Positions 39,089-50,340 of a DNA stretch of 64,000 nucleotides are shown in pieces. A model generated the notes under the pieces. The model saw only the letters and a program-made list of their open reading frames with translations. It was not told the DNA's origin and did no database searches. The translations under genes and the position numbers were made by a program. This DNA is from Desulfuromonas sp. (lineage in GTDB: Bacteria > Desulfobacterota > Desulfuromonadia > Desulfuromonadales > Desulfuromonadaceae): positions 8,278 through 72,277 of the forward strand of contig JAVETC010000011.1 in the NCBI GenBank assembly GCA_034006225.1, given 5' to 3'. Positions within the stretch are counted from its first letter, which is position 1; each line of letters begins with the position of its first letter.

Positions 39089-41665
39089 ATGCATTCAAGC
39101 AAGTGGATTAGTACTGGCTTTCCTGATATTGACAATATTCTCGATGGGTTACGTATTGGCGACAACGTGGTATGGAAAGTTGACCGCATTGAAGATTATC
39201 AACATTTTGTCACCCCATTCGTCAACGAAGCGCTTAAAAAAAATAAAAAAGTAGTCTATATGCGTTTTGGGCAGCACCCGGCATTAGTAGCACCCTGCCC
39301 AGAAGTAACTGTTTATGAGCTCGACGCATATTGGGGCTTTGAGGCTTTCGCCACCCGCGTGCATCAGATAATTACCGACGAAGGTGAAGGCACTTTTTAT
39401 GTTTTCGACTGCCTTTCCGATATCCTCTCGGCTTGGGCAACGGACTCCATGTTGGGTAATTTTTTCCGCATTACCTGTCCCTATCTGTTTGAACTAGATA
39501 CCGTCGCCTACTTTGCCTTTAAACGCGATAGCCTATCACTTAAAACCGTTGCAAAAATCTTAAAAACTACGCAGTTACTGCTCAATTTACCCAATGAAGA
39601 TGGGCAACTACAGCTCCAACCCATTAAGGTATGGCATCGCCACTCGCCAACCATGTTTCTGCCCCACATCCGTCATGGTAACCAGTTTGTGCCGGTAACC
39701 AATAGCTGCGAAGCAACCGACATGCTGCGCCAAAGAAGTACCTCGGCACCCCAACGCCAGCTCGACTATTGGCATCATCTATTTATGCGCGCTGCGGATC
39801 TTTTAGAGCATCAAGCCGCCCCCGAAGAGGAGGCCGCCATGGTGCAGGAGTTATGTAAGCACATCATTAGCCGTGATGAGCGGGTGCTGCAACTGGCGCA
39901 GAAGCACTTCTCCCTAGAGGGTTTGCTGAAAATAAAATCGCGTATCATTGGCACTGGTTACATCGGTGGCAAAGCAGTCGGCATGTTGTTAGCGCGTAAA
40001 ATCCTGCAACACGACAGCAGCCACGACTGGAACCCGAGCTTGGAGCACCACGATTCTTTCTATGTCGGCTCTGATGTCTACTTCTCTTACATCATCCACA
40101 ACGGTTGGTGGAAACTGTTTATGCAGCAAAAAACAGAGCAGGGCTACTATGAGTGTGGTGCCGAACTCTGTGAAAAGATGCTCCATGGGCAATTTCCGGA
40201 TGATATTCAGGTCAAATTGAAACGCATGCTCGACTACTTTGGCCAATATCCGATAATTATCCGCTCATCGAGCCTACTGGAAGATGGCTTTGGCAATGCC
40301 TTTGCGGGAAAATACGACAGCTTCTTTTGCGTAAACCAAGGATCACCGGAGCAGCGCTACAAACAGCTGCAGGATGCTATTCGGCGTGTCTTTGCCAGTG
40401 CCATGAGTGTCGACGCCCTCACCTACCGCCAGCAGCGCGGTCTGGACAAAAAAGAGGAGCAGATGGCGCTGCTTATAATGCGCGTATCTGGCTCTTATCA
40501 CGACAAATACTACTTCCCCGAGCTAGCTGGAGTCGGAGTCTCCTATAATACTTTTGTGTGGGACAAGGAGATGGATCCGACAGCGGGGATGTTGCGCCTA
40601 GTTCTCGGTATGGGAACTCGTGCGGTTGACCGTGTTGAGGGTGACTATCCACGCATTGTCGCTCTGGACTATCCCCTCAAAAAGCCCCACGCTGGACTTG
40701 AAGATACTCGGCGCTTTTCACAGCGCGATGTTGATGTGCTCAATATCAATGAAAACAGTTTGCAAACAGTATCTCTGCTGCAGCTCAATCGCGAAAAAAT
40801 AGATATCCCGTTAGAACAATATGCCGTGCGCGACTACGAAACCATGCAGCGCATCGAAGAGCGTGGGCAGCAGCGTCAGGACGTGTGGCTACTCACCTTT
40901 GATAAACTGCTGGCAGAAACGCCATTCAGCAGCATGATGCAGCAAATCCTCAAAACCCTGGAGCGCGCCTACAACTATCCGGTGGACATAGAGTTCACTG
41001 TCAACATGGTAAACAAGCAGCCACGCATAAACATAGTCCAGTGCCGCCCGCTTCAGACCCAAGGTCACGGTCAGAAAGCCCAACTGCCGGAGAACATAGC
41101 CCCCGAACAGCTATTCATCAGCAGCCAGAGTAATTTTATGGGCGGCAATGTGTGTAAAAAACTCAGCTGGCTGATATGGGTCGACCCTGAAACCTACACC
41201 CAATTATCCACCAGTGAAAAATATGATATAGCGCGACTAATTGGACGACTAAATAAACGGATATGTGATCGTGAACAGAATCAAACCCTGTTGATGGGGC
41301 CAGGGCGTTGGGGTACTTCGACACCGGAGTTGGGAGTGCCAATATCTTTCGCTGAGATCAGCAATATCTCCGTTTTGTGTGAAGTTGCCTTTACCACCGG
41401 CGGCCTTATGCCAGAGCTCTCCTTTGGTTCACACTTTTTCCAAGATCTGGTTGAGGCTGACATCTTCTATCTGGCCCTGTTTCCCGAAGGTAAAGGGGTA
41501 CACTTTGATAAAGCCTGGCTGGAGAATCAACGCAACTGCTTGGAGGGATTAATGCCGGCCAGCGGTAAATATAAACAGGCCGTAAAGGTAGTACAACTGG
41601 AGAAGCCACTGCAACTAATGTCCGACATTGTCAGTCAAAAGCTGCTGTGTCTATATAGTGATTGA
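39089..41665 (+). CDS. PEP/pyruvate-binding (PPDK_N ATP-grasp) protein with an N-terminal P-loop-less KaiC/RecA-like domain
   Basis: Start set to MHSSKW, which follows AAAGAGG. The N-terminus GFPDIDNILDGLRIGDNVVW resembles KaiC/RadA but has no GxxxxGK[ST]. The central region has IGGKAVGMLLA and IIIRSSSLLEDGFGNAFAGKYDSF, like the PpsA ATP-grasp. No xxHAA swivel-His motif is visible. Confidence 0.7.
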   Translation: MHSSKWISTGFPDIDNILDGLRIGDNVVWKVDRIEDYQHFVTPFVNEALKKNKKVVYMRFGQHPALVAPCPEVTVYELDAYWGFEAFATRVHQIITDEGEGTFYVFDCLSDILSAWATDSMLGNFFRITCPYLFELDTVAYFAFKRDSLSLKTVAKILKTTQLLLNLPNEDGQLQLQPIKVWHRHSPTMFLPHIRHGNQFVPVTNSCEATDMLRQRSTSAPQRQLDYWHHLFMRAADLLEHQAAPEEEAAMVQELCKHIISRDERVLQLAQKHFSLEGLLKIKSRIIGTGYIGGKAVGMLLARKILQHDSSHDWNPSLEHHDSFYVGSDVYFSYIIHNGWWKLFMQQKTEQGYYECGAELCEKMLHGQFPDDIQVKLKRMLDYFGQYPIIIRSSSLLEDGFGNAFAGKYDSFFCVNQGSPEQRYKQLQDAIRRVFASAMSVDALTYRQQRGLDKKEEQMALLIMRVSGSYHDKYYFPELAGVGVSYNTFVWDKEMDPTAGMLRLVLGMGTRAVDRVEGDYPRIVALDYPLKKPHAGLEDTRRFSQRDVDVLNINENSLQTVSLLQLNREKIDIPLEQYAVRDYETMQRIEERGQQRQDVWLLTFDKLLAETPFSSMMQQILKTLERAYNYPVDIEFTVNMVNKQPRINIVQCRPLQTQGHGQKAQLPENIAPEQLFISSQSNFMGGNVCKKLSWLIWVDPETYTQLSTSEKYDIARLIGRLNKRICDREQNQTLLMGPGRWGTSTPELGVPISFAEISNISVLCEVAFTTGGLMPELSFGSHFFQDLVEADIFYLALFPEGKGVHFDKAWLENQRNCLEGLMPASGKYKQAVKVVQLEKPLQLMSDIVSQKLLCLYSD

Positions 41666-41679
41666 GTAGAGAATAGCCT

Positions 41680-41720
41680 GGCGTTTAGTGGGAAACAGTT
41701 CCTACAACCCACTAAACGCC
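41680..41720 (+). terminator. Hairpin terminator after the PEP-binding gene
   Basis: 13-bp stem ggcgtttagtggg/cccactaaacgcc with a 15-nt loop. Confidence 0.55.
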
Positions 41721-41783
41721 AACTTTATTAGGATAAAACACCTAGAGCATACCACCTTAGTCGATAGCTCTACTTTAACCTGC

Positions 41784-42437
41784 TTATTGCTGCGCCTCTA
41801 ACTCAGATATAAAGCTATCCGCCTCATTTACCGCCTGCTCCAACTCTTTTACCAGACGCGCCACATCGTTCTGTACATCAGATAACTCACTGCGCAGAGC
41901 AGCTACCGCACGCGCATTTAAGTTGTGTTTTAAATACAGCACCTGATCGCGCAGGGGAATGAGCACCGGCTCAATTTTCGCCTCGGCGCGCCGCATACTG
42001 GTGATCAGCTTCTTACTGCGGCGTTGAGTATCTTGCAGCTGCCGCTCGCTGGAGCGCCGCATACTGGCGCTGGTGTACTGATCCAGCTCAGCATTCCACT
42101 CATCGAATAGCGCCTCAGCGACATCTTCCACCGCATCTATACGCTCACCCACCAGTTGCGCCTTCTCTTCACTGCGTTCCAGCACATCTTTCAGATCATT
42201 GTACTTATCCTCTAAATCGCCACCATCGAAGTCAGTTAACGCCGAAAAAGCCTCCAACGCCGACTGAAACTGCTCTTTAGTCTCCTGTTGCGCCTCGCGG
42301 GCGTCCTCAACACGACTGATCAGAATATCCCGTTTATGATAACCGACTTTTTCCATAGCAGCAAAATAGGCACTTTGACAGGCAACACAGCAAAAACAGA
42401 GCATCACCAGAGCGAAACTTTTAACAATGCTATTCAT
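41784..42437 (-). CDS. DUF2959-like periplasmic coiled-coil protein (signal peptide, lipoprotein-like)
   Basis: Start set to MNSIVKS. The sequence ...CQSAYFAAMEKVGYHKRDILISRVEDAREAQQETKEQF matches my memory of DUF2959 proteins. Confidence 0.65.
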   Translation of the reverse strand: MNSIVKSFALVMLCFCCVACQSAYFAAMEKVGYHKRDILISRVEDAREAQQETKEQFQSALEAFSALTDFDGGDLEDKYNDLKDVLERSEEKAQLVGERIDAVEDVAEALFDEWNAELDQYTSASMRRSSERQLQDTQRRSKKLITSMRRAEAKIEPVLIPLRDQVLYLKHNLNARAVAALRSELSDVQNDVARLVKELEQAVNEADSFISELEAQQ

Positions 42438-42564
42438 AACTCCCCCTTCGACAGACAGCAAACAACTGTGAAAAAATTCATATAGTCTGGGCAGAATACG
42501 TTGAAAGCAGGAGCGCAGTCAATATTTGCGCCACTATTCCTCCCCCGCGCATACTCCATAAACG

Positions 42565-42595
42565 CCAAAGAGCCCGGCAATGCCGAGCTCTTTGG
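42565..42595 (-). terminator. Hairpin after gdhA
   Basis: Stem ccaaagagc/gctctttgg located 30 nt past the gdhA stop. Confidence 0.4.
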
Positions 42596-42626
42596 TAAAG
42601 CATAAAAATATTTTTACTCTGCAGAA

Positions 42627-44000
<1,374 letters not shown>

Positions 44001-44258
44001 TCAACAGTTACATCCGCCAATACCACGCAGTGCGACGTCAGTCATAAAACACAGCGGCAACAAATGATTGGCGGAACATGATATTCACCAGAGTCCATAT
44101 ACATTTACAATGCCAACAATAAATAAGTAGCATATAACATACTATTATAATTCGATATTTTTTATTTTAATCTGATTGTTACTGACAAGAGAGGATATTC
44201 ATTCAGAGATTATGAGCAACAGAAGTACTCTATTCTACTCACATATAGGCTTAATTTT

Positions 44259-46478
44259 TTACATCATATCTACAGGATCGACATCAATAGCTAAAGTAAC
44301 TTTTTTGGCCACTATTTTGTACCAATCAGGAGCCGACAACAACATACGCCGCAGAGCAGAGCGCTCCTCTGCCTTAAGCAGAATCTGCATCCGATAGCGG
44401 TTACGCAGACGAAACAAGGGGCATGGTGCCGGGCCTAAGACCTCAACCTGCGCATGGCCAGCCAATTGGTCGGCCAGAGCCTGAGCACTGCGCTCTAGCG
44501 CCTGCCGATCCAAGCTGGACAGAAGCAAATTGACTAGATAACCAAAGGGCGGGTAGTGCAGTAGTTGCCGCAAGGGTAGTTCCTGAGCGGCAAAACGGTG
44601 AAAATCGTGACCAACAGCGCACTCCAGCACCGGATTATCGGCAGCATAAGTTTGCACCAACACCTGTCCGAGCAGCTCCCCGCGTCCAGCACGCCCCGCC
44701 ACCTGAGCCAACAATGAGAAGCTGCGCTCAGCCGCGCGAAAGTCGGGAAAGTTCAAGGCAGCATCGGTGTCAATCACCCCAACTAGGGTTACGGCGGCAA
44801 AGTCGTGCCCTTTGGCAATCATTTGGGTACCCACCAAAATATCTACCTCACGTCTCTCCATCTGCGTAAATATTCTCTGCTGGCTACCCTTGGCGCTAGT
44901 GGTGTCACGATCCATACGGGCAATACGTGCAGCAGGAAACAGCTGTTGCAATTCGTCAACCAAACGCTCAGTCCCCATACCCTCTGGCTCCATAGCGCTC
45001 CCGCCGCACTGCGGGCACAGCTCCTGAGGCGGTTGTTGATAATCGCAATAATGGCAGCGCAATTGCCCAATCTGACGATGCCAGGTCAGGGTTATTTCGC
45101 AATTGGGGCAACGGTAGCTAGCGCCACAATCACCGCACAGTAAATATGGCGCATACCCACGCCGATTGAGTAACAGCAAGCACTGCTCGTGGCGTTCGAG
45201 AGTAGCGCCAATGGCACTGCGCAACTGCTGGGACAATCCCGACTCAACTTCAGCCGCCGCCATATCTATCAATGTTACCTCTGGCAGTGGCCGTGCACCA
45301 ACGCGGTCAGTTAAGGATAGATGGGTCAGCAACCCCTGCTGAGCACGCTGCCAACTGGCTAGAGACGGCGTAGCGCTGCCGAGCACCACCGACACCTTAG
45401 CCATCTGGCCACGCATTAGAGCTAGATCGCGACCATGATAGCGAAAACCTTCACTCTGTTTATAGCTGCCGTCATGTTCTTCATCGACAACAATAATGCC
45501 CAAACTCGGTAACGGCGCAAATACCGCCGAACGGGCCCCAATGACAATGTGCACTTCGCCGCGCATGATCGCCCGCCACATATCATAGCGCTCGGCAGCA
45601 GATAAGCCAGAGTGGAGCACACCGATGCGCAACTGTTGTTGTTCGAAACGGGCGCGAAAGCGCCCCACCAGTTGCGGGGTCAAAGCGATCTCCGGCACCA
45701 GAACCAATGCCTGCTTATCTGTTTTCACAACAGCAGCTATCGCCTGTAGATAGACCTCGGTTTTACCGCTACCAGTAACGCCATGGAGCAGAAAAGGGCT
45801 AAATTTTTGCGTAGCAACGGCAGCAACTATGGCGGCACAGGCCAACTCTTGTTCGGTATTTAAAGTCCAAGCACTATCGGCACTCACACTGATGCCCAGA
45901 AAGGGGTCGCGCTGGGTCTCACACTGCACCGCCTCAATAAGGCCCAGCTCCTGCAGACGGGCTAAGGCAGCGTATGGAGCTGGAAAATTCTGGCGCAGCT
46001 GAGCAATATCCACCGACTCATGTTCTGCGATAAAAGCCAGTATTTTTTTTTGCAACGCTCCGCGCACCTGCTGTTTAGAGGAGCGGCATGTATACAGAGT
46101 AGTATGTTTACACTTCGGCGCCCCCTCAATAGATGCCAGCCCAGCAGGCAAGGCCGTTTTCAAAGCTAAACCCAAGGGGAATATATAGTAGGAGCTGGCG
46201 CGGCGGACAAACTCCAGCAGTGGAACATCTACCACCGGAGCCGTATCCAGCAGGCGCGTAACAGGCTTGAGCTTATAGCTAGGCGGTGTGACATCGGTGC
46301 ACAGTTCCAGTACCACCCCCACCGCACTGCGCCGGCCCAGAGGCACGCACACTCGGTGTCCAATCCTAAGTAGATCGCGCAACTCTTCCGGCACAGCATA
46401 GGTTAGGGGCTGGGGTAAGGGGGCCAACAGGGCAACAACAACACAATCGTGTCTTTTATTTTCCACCAATCCACCCAC
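44259..46478 (-). CDS. priA: Primosomal replication-restart helicase PriA
   Basis: 739 aa, GTG start. Motifs GVTGSGKTEVY and DEEHD, plus the CxxC zinc-binding cluster (CGDCG..CPNC..CHYC..CPQCG). Confidence 0.95.
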   Translation of the reverse strand: MGGLVENKRHDCVVVALLAPLPQPLTYAVPEELRDLLRIGHRVCVPLGRRSAVGVVLELCTDVTPPSYKLKPVTRLLDTAPVVDVPLLEFVRRASSYYIFPLGLALKTALPAGLASIEGAPKCKHTTLYTCRSSKQQVRGALQKKILAFIAEHESVDIAQLRQNFPAPYAALARLQELGLIEAVQCETQRDPFLGISVSADSAWTLNTEQELACAAIVAAVATQKFSPFLLHGVTGSGKTEVYLQAIAAVVKTDKQALVLVPEIALTPQLVGRFRARFEQQQLRIGVLHSGLSAAERYDMWRAIMRGEVHIVIGARSAVFAPLPSLGIIVVDEEHDGSYKQSEGFRYHGRDLALMRGQMAKVSVVLGSATPSLASWQRAQQGLLTHLSLTDRVGARPLPEVTLIDMAAAEVESGLSQQLRSAIGATLERHEQCLLLLNRRGYAPYLLCGDCGASYRCPNCEITLTWHRQIGQLRCHYCDYQQPPQELCPQCGGSAMEPEGMGTERLVDELQQLFPAARIARMDRDTTSAKGSQQRIFTQMERREVDILVGTQMIAKGHDFAAVTLVGVIDTDAALNFPDFRAAERSFSLLAQVAGRAGRGELLGQVLVQTYAADNPVLECAVGHDFHRFAAQELPLRQLLHYPPFGYLVNLLLSSLDRQALERSAQALADQLAGHAQVEVLGPAPCPLFRLRNRYRMQILLKAEERSALRRMLLSAPDWYKIVAKKVTLAIDVDPVDMM

Positions 46479-46610
46479 AGCTAAAGTAGCAACTTCCAGT
46501 TAAACATTCCCAAACCAACATCTGCAGATAAAACATAAAAGAGCAGAACATACAGCAACAAGACAGGAGCAAAGAGCATCCAGTTGGCACAACAATTAAC
46601 GACGGTTAGC

Positions 46611-47630
46611 TTAAGCTTCAGTTGACGCCAAATAGCTCTGCAGACCACTCAATTCGGTCATCAATTTATTGAAAGCTGGGCCATCGAGACTCTGCGCGCC
46701 ATCACAGAGTGCCGTATTAGGATCGTAATGCACTTCGATCATTAAGCCATGCACCCCAGCAACCAGTGCTGACTTAGCCATAACCGGCACCAATGAGCGC
46801 ACCCCGGTAGCATGGCTAGGATCGACAATAATAGGCAGATGGCTAAGCTGACGAATAAGCGGAACCACCGACAGATCTAAGGTGTTGCGCGTAGCCCGCT
46901 CAAAGGTACGAATGCCGCGCTCGCACAGGATCAACCGCTGATTACCTTCAGCGAGAATATACTCTGCCGCAGCAAGAAACTCTTCGATAGTCGCACTCAT
47001 ACCACGCTTAAGGAGCACCGGATAATCGAGTTTTCCTACCTCTTTGAGCAGATCAAAGTTCTGCATATTGCGCGCGCCGATCTGCAGCACATCGGCATAA
47101 CGGCACACATCGTCCAATTGGCCAATGCGCATAACCTCGGTCACCACCGGCATACCCACCTCATCACCAGCCTGGCGCAACAGTTTTAAACCGTCGACAC
47201 CCAACCCCTGAAAAGTGTGCGGGCCGGTACGCGGTTTAAACGCGCCACCGCGCAAGATATCAGCACCAGCCTGTTTTACTATCGCAGCGCTAGCGATCAT
47301 CTGCGCTTCGCTTTCGACCGAACAGGGGCCCGCCATAACCACCGGAGCAGCATCGCCACCAATTACCACGGAACCAACCTGCACCTGTGTTGGCTGCGGA
47401 TGAAAGTCCCGCGATACCAGTTTATATGGCTTACTGACATGGATAACTTCGCGCACCCCCGCCAGGTTGCGAATGGTGGCGTCCTCAACATAGCCCTGAT
47501 TGCCAAGCACCCCAATAGCAGTGCGTTCGCTCCCAGGAATAGGCTCCGCCTGCAAGCCCATAGCATGCACGGCCGTCTTTACCTGTTCTACATCCTGATC
47601 TGTCGCACTATATTCCATAACTATAAGCAT
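46611..47630 (-). CDS. aroF: 3-deoxy-7-phosphoheptulonate (DAHP) synthase, type I-beta with N-terminal ferredoxin-like regulatory domain
   Basis: 339 aa. Core blocks GPCSVES, LRGGAFKPRT, KRG and DPSH. An extra N-terminal segment of about 70 aa is present. Confidence 0.9.
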   Translation of the reverse strand: MLIVMEYSATDQDVEQVKTAVHAMGLQAEPIPGSERTAIGVLGNQGYVEDATIRNLAGVREVIHVSKPYKLVSRDFHPQPTQVQVGSVVIGGDAAPVVMAGPCSVESEAQMIASAAIVKQAGADILRGGAFKPRTGPHTFQGLGVDGLKLLRQAGDEVGMPVVTEVMRIGQLDDVCRYADVLQIGARNMQNFDLLKEVGKLDYPVLLKRGMSATIEEFLAAAEYILAEGNQRLILCERGIRTFERATRNTLDLSVVPLIRQLSHLPIIVDPSHATGVRSLVPVMAKSALVAGVHGLMIEVHYDPNTALCDGAQSLDGPAFNKLMTELSGLQSYLASTEA

Positions 47631-47933
47631 AAATTTCCTCCTAAGAAATATATAGCCTAACTCACCACAAAACTGCCCAGATTATGCCACATCGATAACT
47701 GTTGAGGGTAACTAGTCACTGCATTTATTTCAACATTTTTCATCAAAGGGTTTCATAGCCAAGCTAACGCTGAACAGACAACCTCTATTTGGCGACACCC
47801 AGCCATGTCCCTCCGCATCTTGAACGAATTGTGTTTCCCGCAGCGACGTGCTAGTGTCACTAGCGATCCGACGTAAACAATATAAAAACATCACTTTCAA
47901 GCTCTAGCAGCATAACCAACGGTCTCCAGAAAC

Positions 47934-48632
47934 ATGACGCAGCGTAAAATAGAGATAACTTCACCAACCTTCGTTGATGCCAATCAGTTACCCCCGCAAT
48001 ATGACCTGAATCTGCTATTTCCCAGCGCGCAACCCCTGGCTCTGGAGATAGGCTGCGGTGTAGGTGACTTCATGCTCCAACGCGCCACCCAGCAGCCACA
48101 GACCAATTTTATTGCTATCGATATCTACAATAAGGGCTGCTATAAAACCTGTAACCGCATTGATGACAGCACGCTGACCAATGTACGCGTAATGCGCATG
48201 GAGGCACGCTACCTGCTCAGCCAATTCGGTTGTGCCGACATGCTCGACGCCATCTACATAAACTGCCCAGATCCTTGGCCCAAAAAACGCCATCGCTCGC
48301 GCCGCCTCGTAAATGACACTTTTTTAACACAAATTTTATACTACCTTAAACCTCAGGGTGATCTATACTTCATCACTGATGTCGAAAATTATGCCCAACA
48401 GGTTGCCGAGCTATTAGCAGTAGCTCCAGGCTTTATCAACCAATTGCCGACTGAGTACACCCACCATCTTGATGGTTACCCTCTCTCGAAATATATGCGT
48501 CGCTTTTTAGTGCAGGGGCTGCCTATCTTTTTTCAGCACTACCGGCGCCGGGATGATTTCAGGCTGGAGCAAAGCATGCTGCCAGCAACCCAAATGGGCT
48601 TTCGGAATCGTCACACCTTGGAGAGCAGATGA
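47934..48632 (+). CDS. trmB: tRNA (guanine46-N7)-methyltransferase
   Basis: 232 aa. Blocks LEIGCGVGDF and INCPDPWPKKRH. Confidence 0.85.
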   Translation: MTQRKIEITSPTFVDANQLPPQYDLNLLFPSAQPLALEIGCGVGDFMLQRATQQPQTNFIAIDIYNKGCYKTCNRIDDSTLTNVRVMRMEARYLLSQFGCADMLDAIYINCPDPWPKKRHRSRRLVNDTFLTQILYYLKPQGDLYFITDVENYAQQVAELLAVAPGFINQLPTEYTHHLDGYPLSKYMRRFLVQGLPIFFQHYRRRDDFRLEQSMLPATQMGFRNRHTLESR

Positions 48633-49843
48633 ATAATTACCTAACCACAAACTTTGCCGGAGTTGGCGGCAACATAAAAGATGATCCTGAGGATTTTATT
48701 GTCGAAGAGATTCCTGCCTACCTGCCATGTGGCGAGGGCGAACACCTGTATCTGCGCGTCGAAAAGCGCGGAATGAGCACCTTTGCGATGATCCAACGCA
48801 TCAGCGAAGCTCTGGGAATACGCCAACAGGATGTTGGCTACGCTGGGCTCAAAGATAGTCAGGCCGTCTGTCGCCAAACCATATCCCTGCCGCCGGAAAC
48901 AGATGGGAAAATTACGACACTAGATCTGGAGGGGATAACCATCCTCGACAGCAATTACCACACCAACAAGTTGCGCATAGGCCATCTGCGCGGCAACCAT
49001 TTTCACATCCGCATCAATGATGTTGCAGATGATGCCGAACAAAAAGCCCTGGATATCCTTCATATCCTAGAACACACTGGTCTGCCCAATTTTTTTGGTC
49101 CTCAGCGTTACGGCGTTTTGGGAACGAACCATCTTATTGGCAAAGCAATTCTGCATAACCAGTTTGAGCAGGCCGCCGCACTCATTATTGGTAACCCAGA
49201 CCAGATCAGCAATCAGCGCTGGAAACTTGCAGCCATTGCCTATGCTGCCGGAGATCTCTCAGCAGCCCTTGAATCTCTTCCCGGACGCTTTCGTGATGAG
49301 AGAAAGTTGCTGCACACCTTACTGCGCGGCATGGACTATCAACAGGCAGTCTTAGCTCTGCCACGCAAACTATTGCGCCTGTACTTATCGGCCTATCAAT
49401 CACATCTGTTCGACACTCAGGTCAATATGCGTCTCGACTCAATAGACACATTATGGCCCGGTGATATCGCTTACATCCACGCCAAAGGAGCCTGCTTTCA
49501 TGTCGAGCAACCAGAGGAGGAACAGGCGCGAGCAGATCGTTTAGAGATAAGCCCTACCGGCATGCTTGCTGGACACAAGGTGATGCAAGCGAAAGCGCAG
49601 ACAGGCATAATTGAACAAGCGCTACTCGACAAAGAGTCCCTTAAAGCGGATGCCTTCACCCAATTTCCAGGACTGAAGCTAACCGGCGAACGCCGCCCCC
49701 TAAGAGTGCCACTAGAGCAAGTTAGTTGTCAGCAACAGGACAACACGCTACAACTAAGTTTTGCACTACCGACAGGCAGCTTTGCAACCGCGCTACTGCG
49801 TGAGATTATGAAAGCTCCCGCAACCACCAAGTCGTCTCAGTGA
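48629..49843 (+). CDS. truD: tRNA pseudouridine(13) synthase
   Basis: 404 aa. Blocks DFIVEEI, GYAGLKD (catalytic Asp) and NFFGPQRYG. Overlaps trmB by 4 nt. Confidence 0.9.
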   Translation: MNNYLTTNFAGVGGNIKDDPEDFIVEEIPAYLPCGEGEHLYLRVEKRGMSTFAMIQRISEALGIRQQDVGYAGLKDSQAVCRQTISLPPETDGKITTLDLEGITILDSNYHTNKLRIGHLRGNHFHIRINDVADDAEQKALDILHILEHTGLPNFFGPQRYGVLGTNHLIGKAILHNQFEQAAALIIGNPDQISNQRWKLAAIAYAAGDLSAALESLPGRFRDERKLLHTLLRGMDYQQAVLALPRKLLRLYLSAYQSHLFDTQVNMRLDSIDTLWPGDIAYIHAKGACFHVEQPEEEQARADRLEISPTGMLAGHKVMQAKAQTGIIEQALLDKESLKADAFTQFPGLKLTGERRPLRVPLEQVSCQQQDNTLQLSFALPTGSFATALLREIMKAPATTKSSQ

Positions 49844-49880
49844 GCTAACTCAGCTCGCAAATAAAAAACAAAAGGCGTTC

Positions 49881-49908
49881 CTAATTCTGTCCATCCTCAC
49901 AGAATTAG
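49881..49908 (+). terminator. Hairpin after truD
   Basis: 10-bp stem ctaattctgt/acagaattag with an 8-nt loop; no strong T-tract. Confidence 0.4.
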
Positions 49909-50070
49909 TTGGCATAATCTATAGAGCAAACCATATATAGATATAAGTTAAACAGGTCAAACGACAACTTTTATTTTTAGCGTTATATTTAAATAAACTT
50001 TCTATCTATCTGATAAAACACTTATTTTTCTAAATAATCTCTTTTTGTAAACTTATTTCTGCTTAACAGC

Positions 50071-50099
50071 TTGACAGTTTTAGAACAACATTCTATATT
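50071..50099 (+). promoter_or_regulatory. Near-consensus sigma70 promoter in the AT-rich region upstream of the IclR gene
   Basis: TTGACA, a 17-nt spacer, then TATATT. The -10 box sits inside an 8-bp inverted repeat (ttttagaa/ttctaaaa). Confidence 0.5.
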
Positions 50100-50340
50100 T
50101 CTAAAAACATTGAACACTGTTGTATTTTACACAGAGTGAACAGATTAAGGCCACAGCAATAACCCACTAGCCATAATCTTAATTAAAACAGGACGTTTGG
50201 CACTATTGACTCCATCCGACAATAAATTAGCTCATTAAATATGCCATATAGACTTGACAGATAGGACGCAATTTTGTACACAGGCGAGCACTAGAGATTA
50301 TTTCTAGCTGCGACAACATCATGCCAATTATTAACGATAT

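Noticed and set aside
46043-46051. T9 (A9 on the coding strand) homopolymer inside priA, a potential slipped-strand phase-variation tract.
   Set aside because: It encodes Lys-Lys-Ile in an intact essential gene. A 9-nt run is short, and nothing else suggests contingency regulation.
46581-46598. TGGCAC motif (sigma54 -24-like) in the priA-aroF gap.
   Set aside because: The -12 position reads TTAA rather than TTGC, and it is on the + strand where no gene follows.
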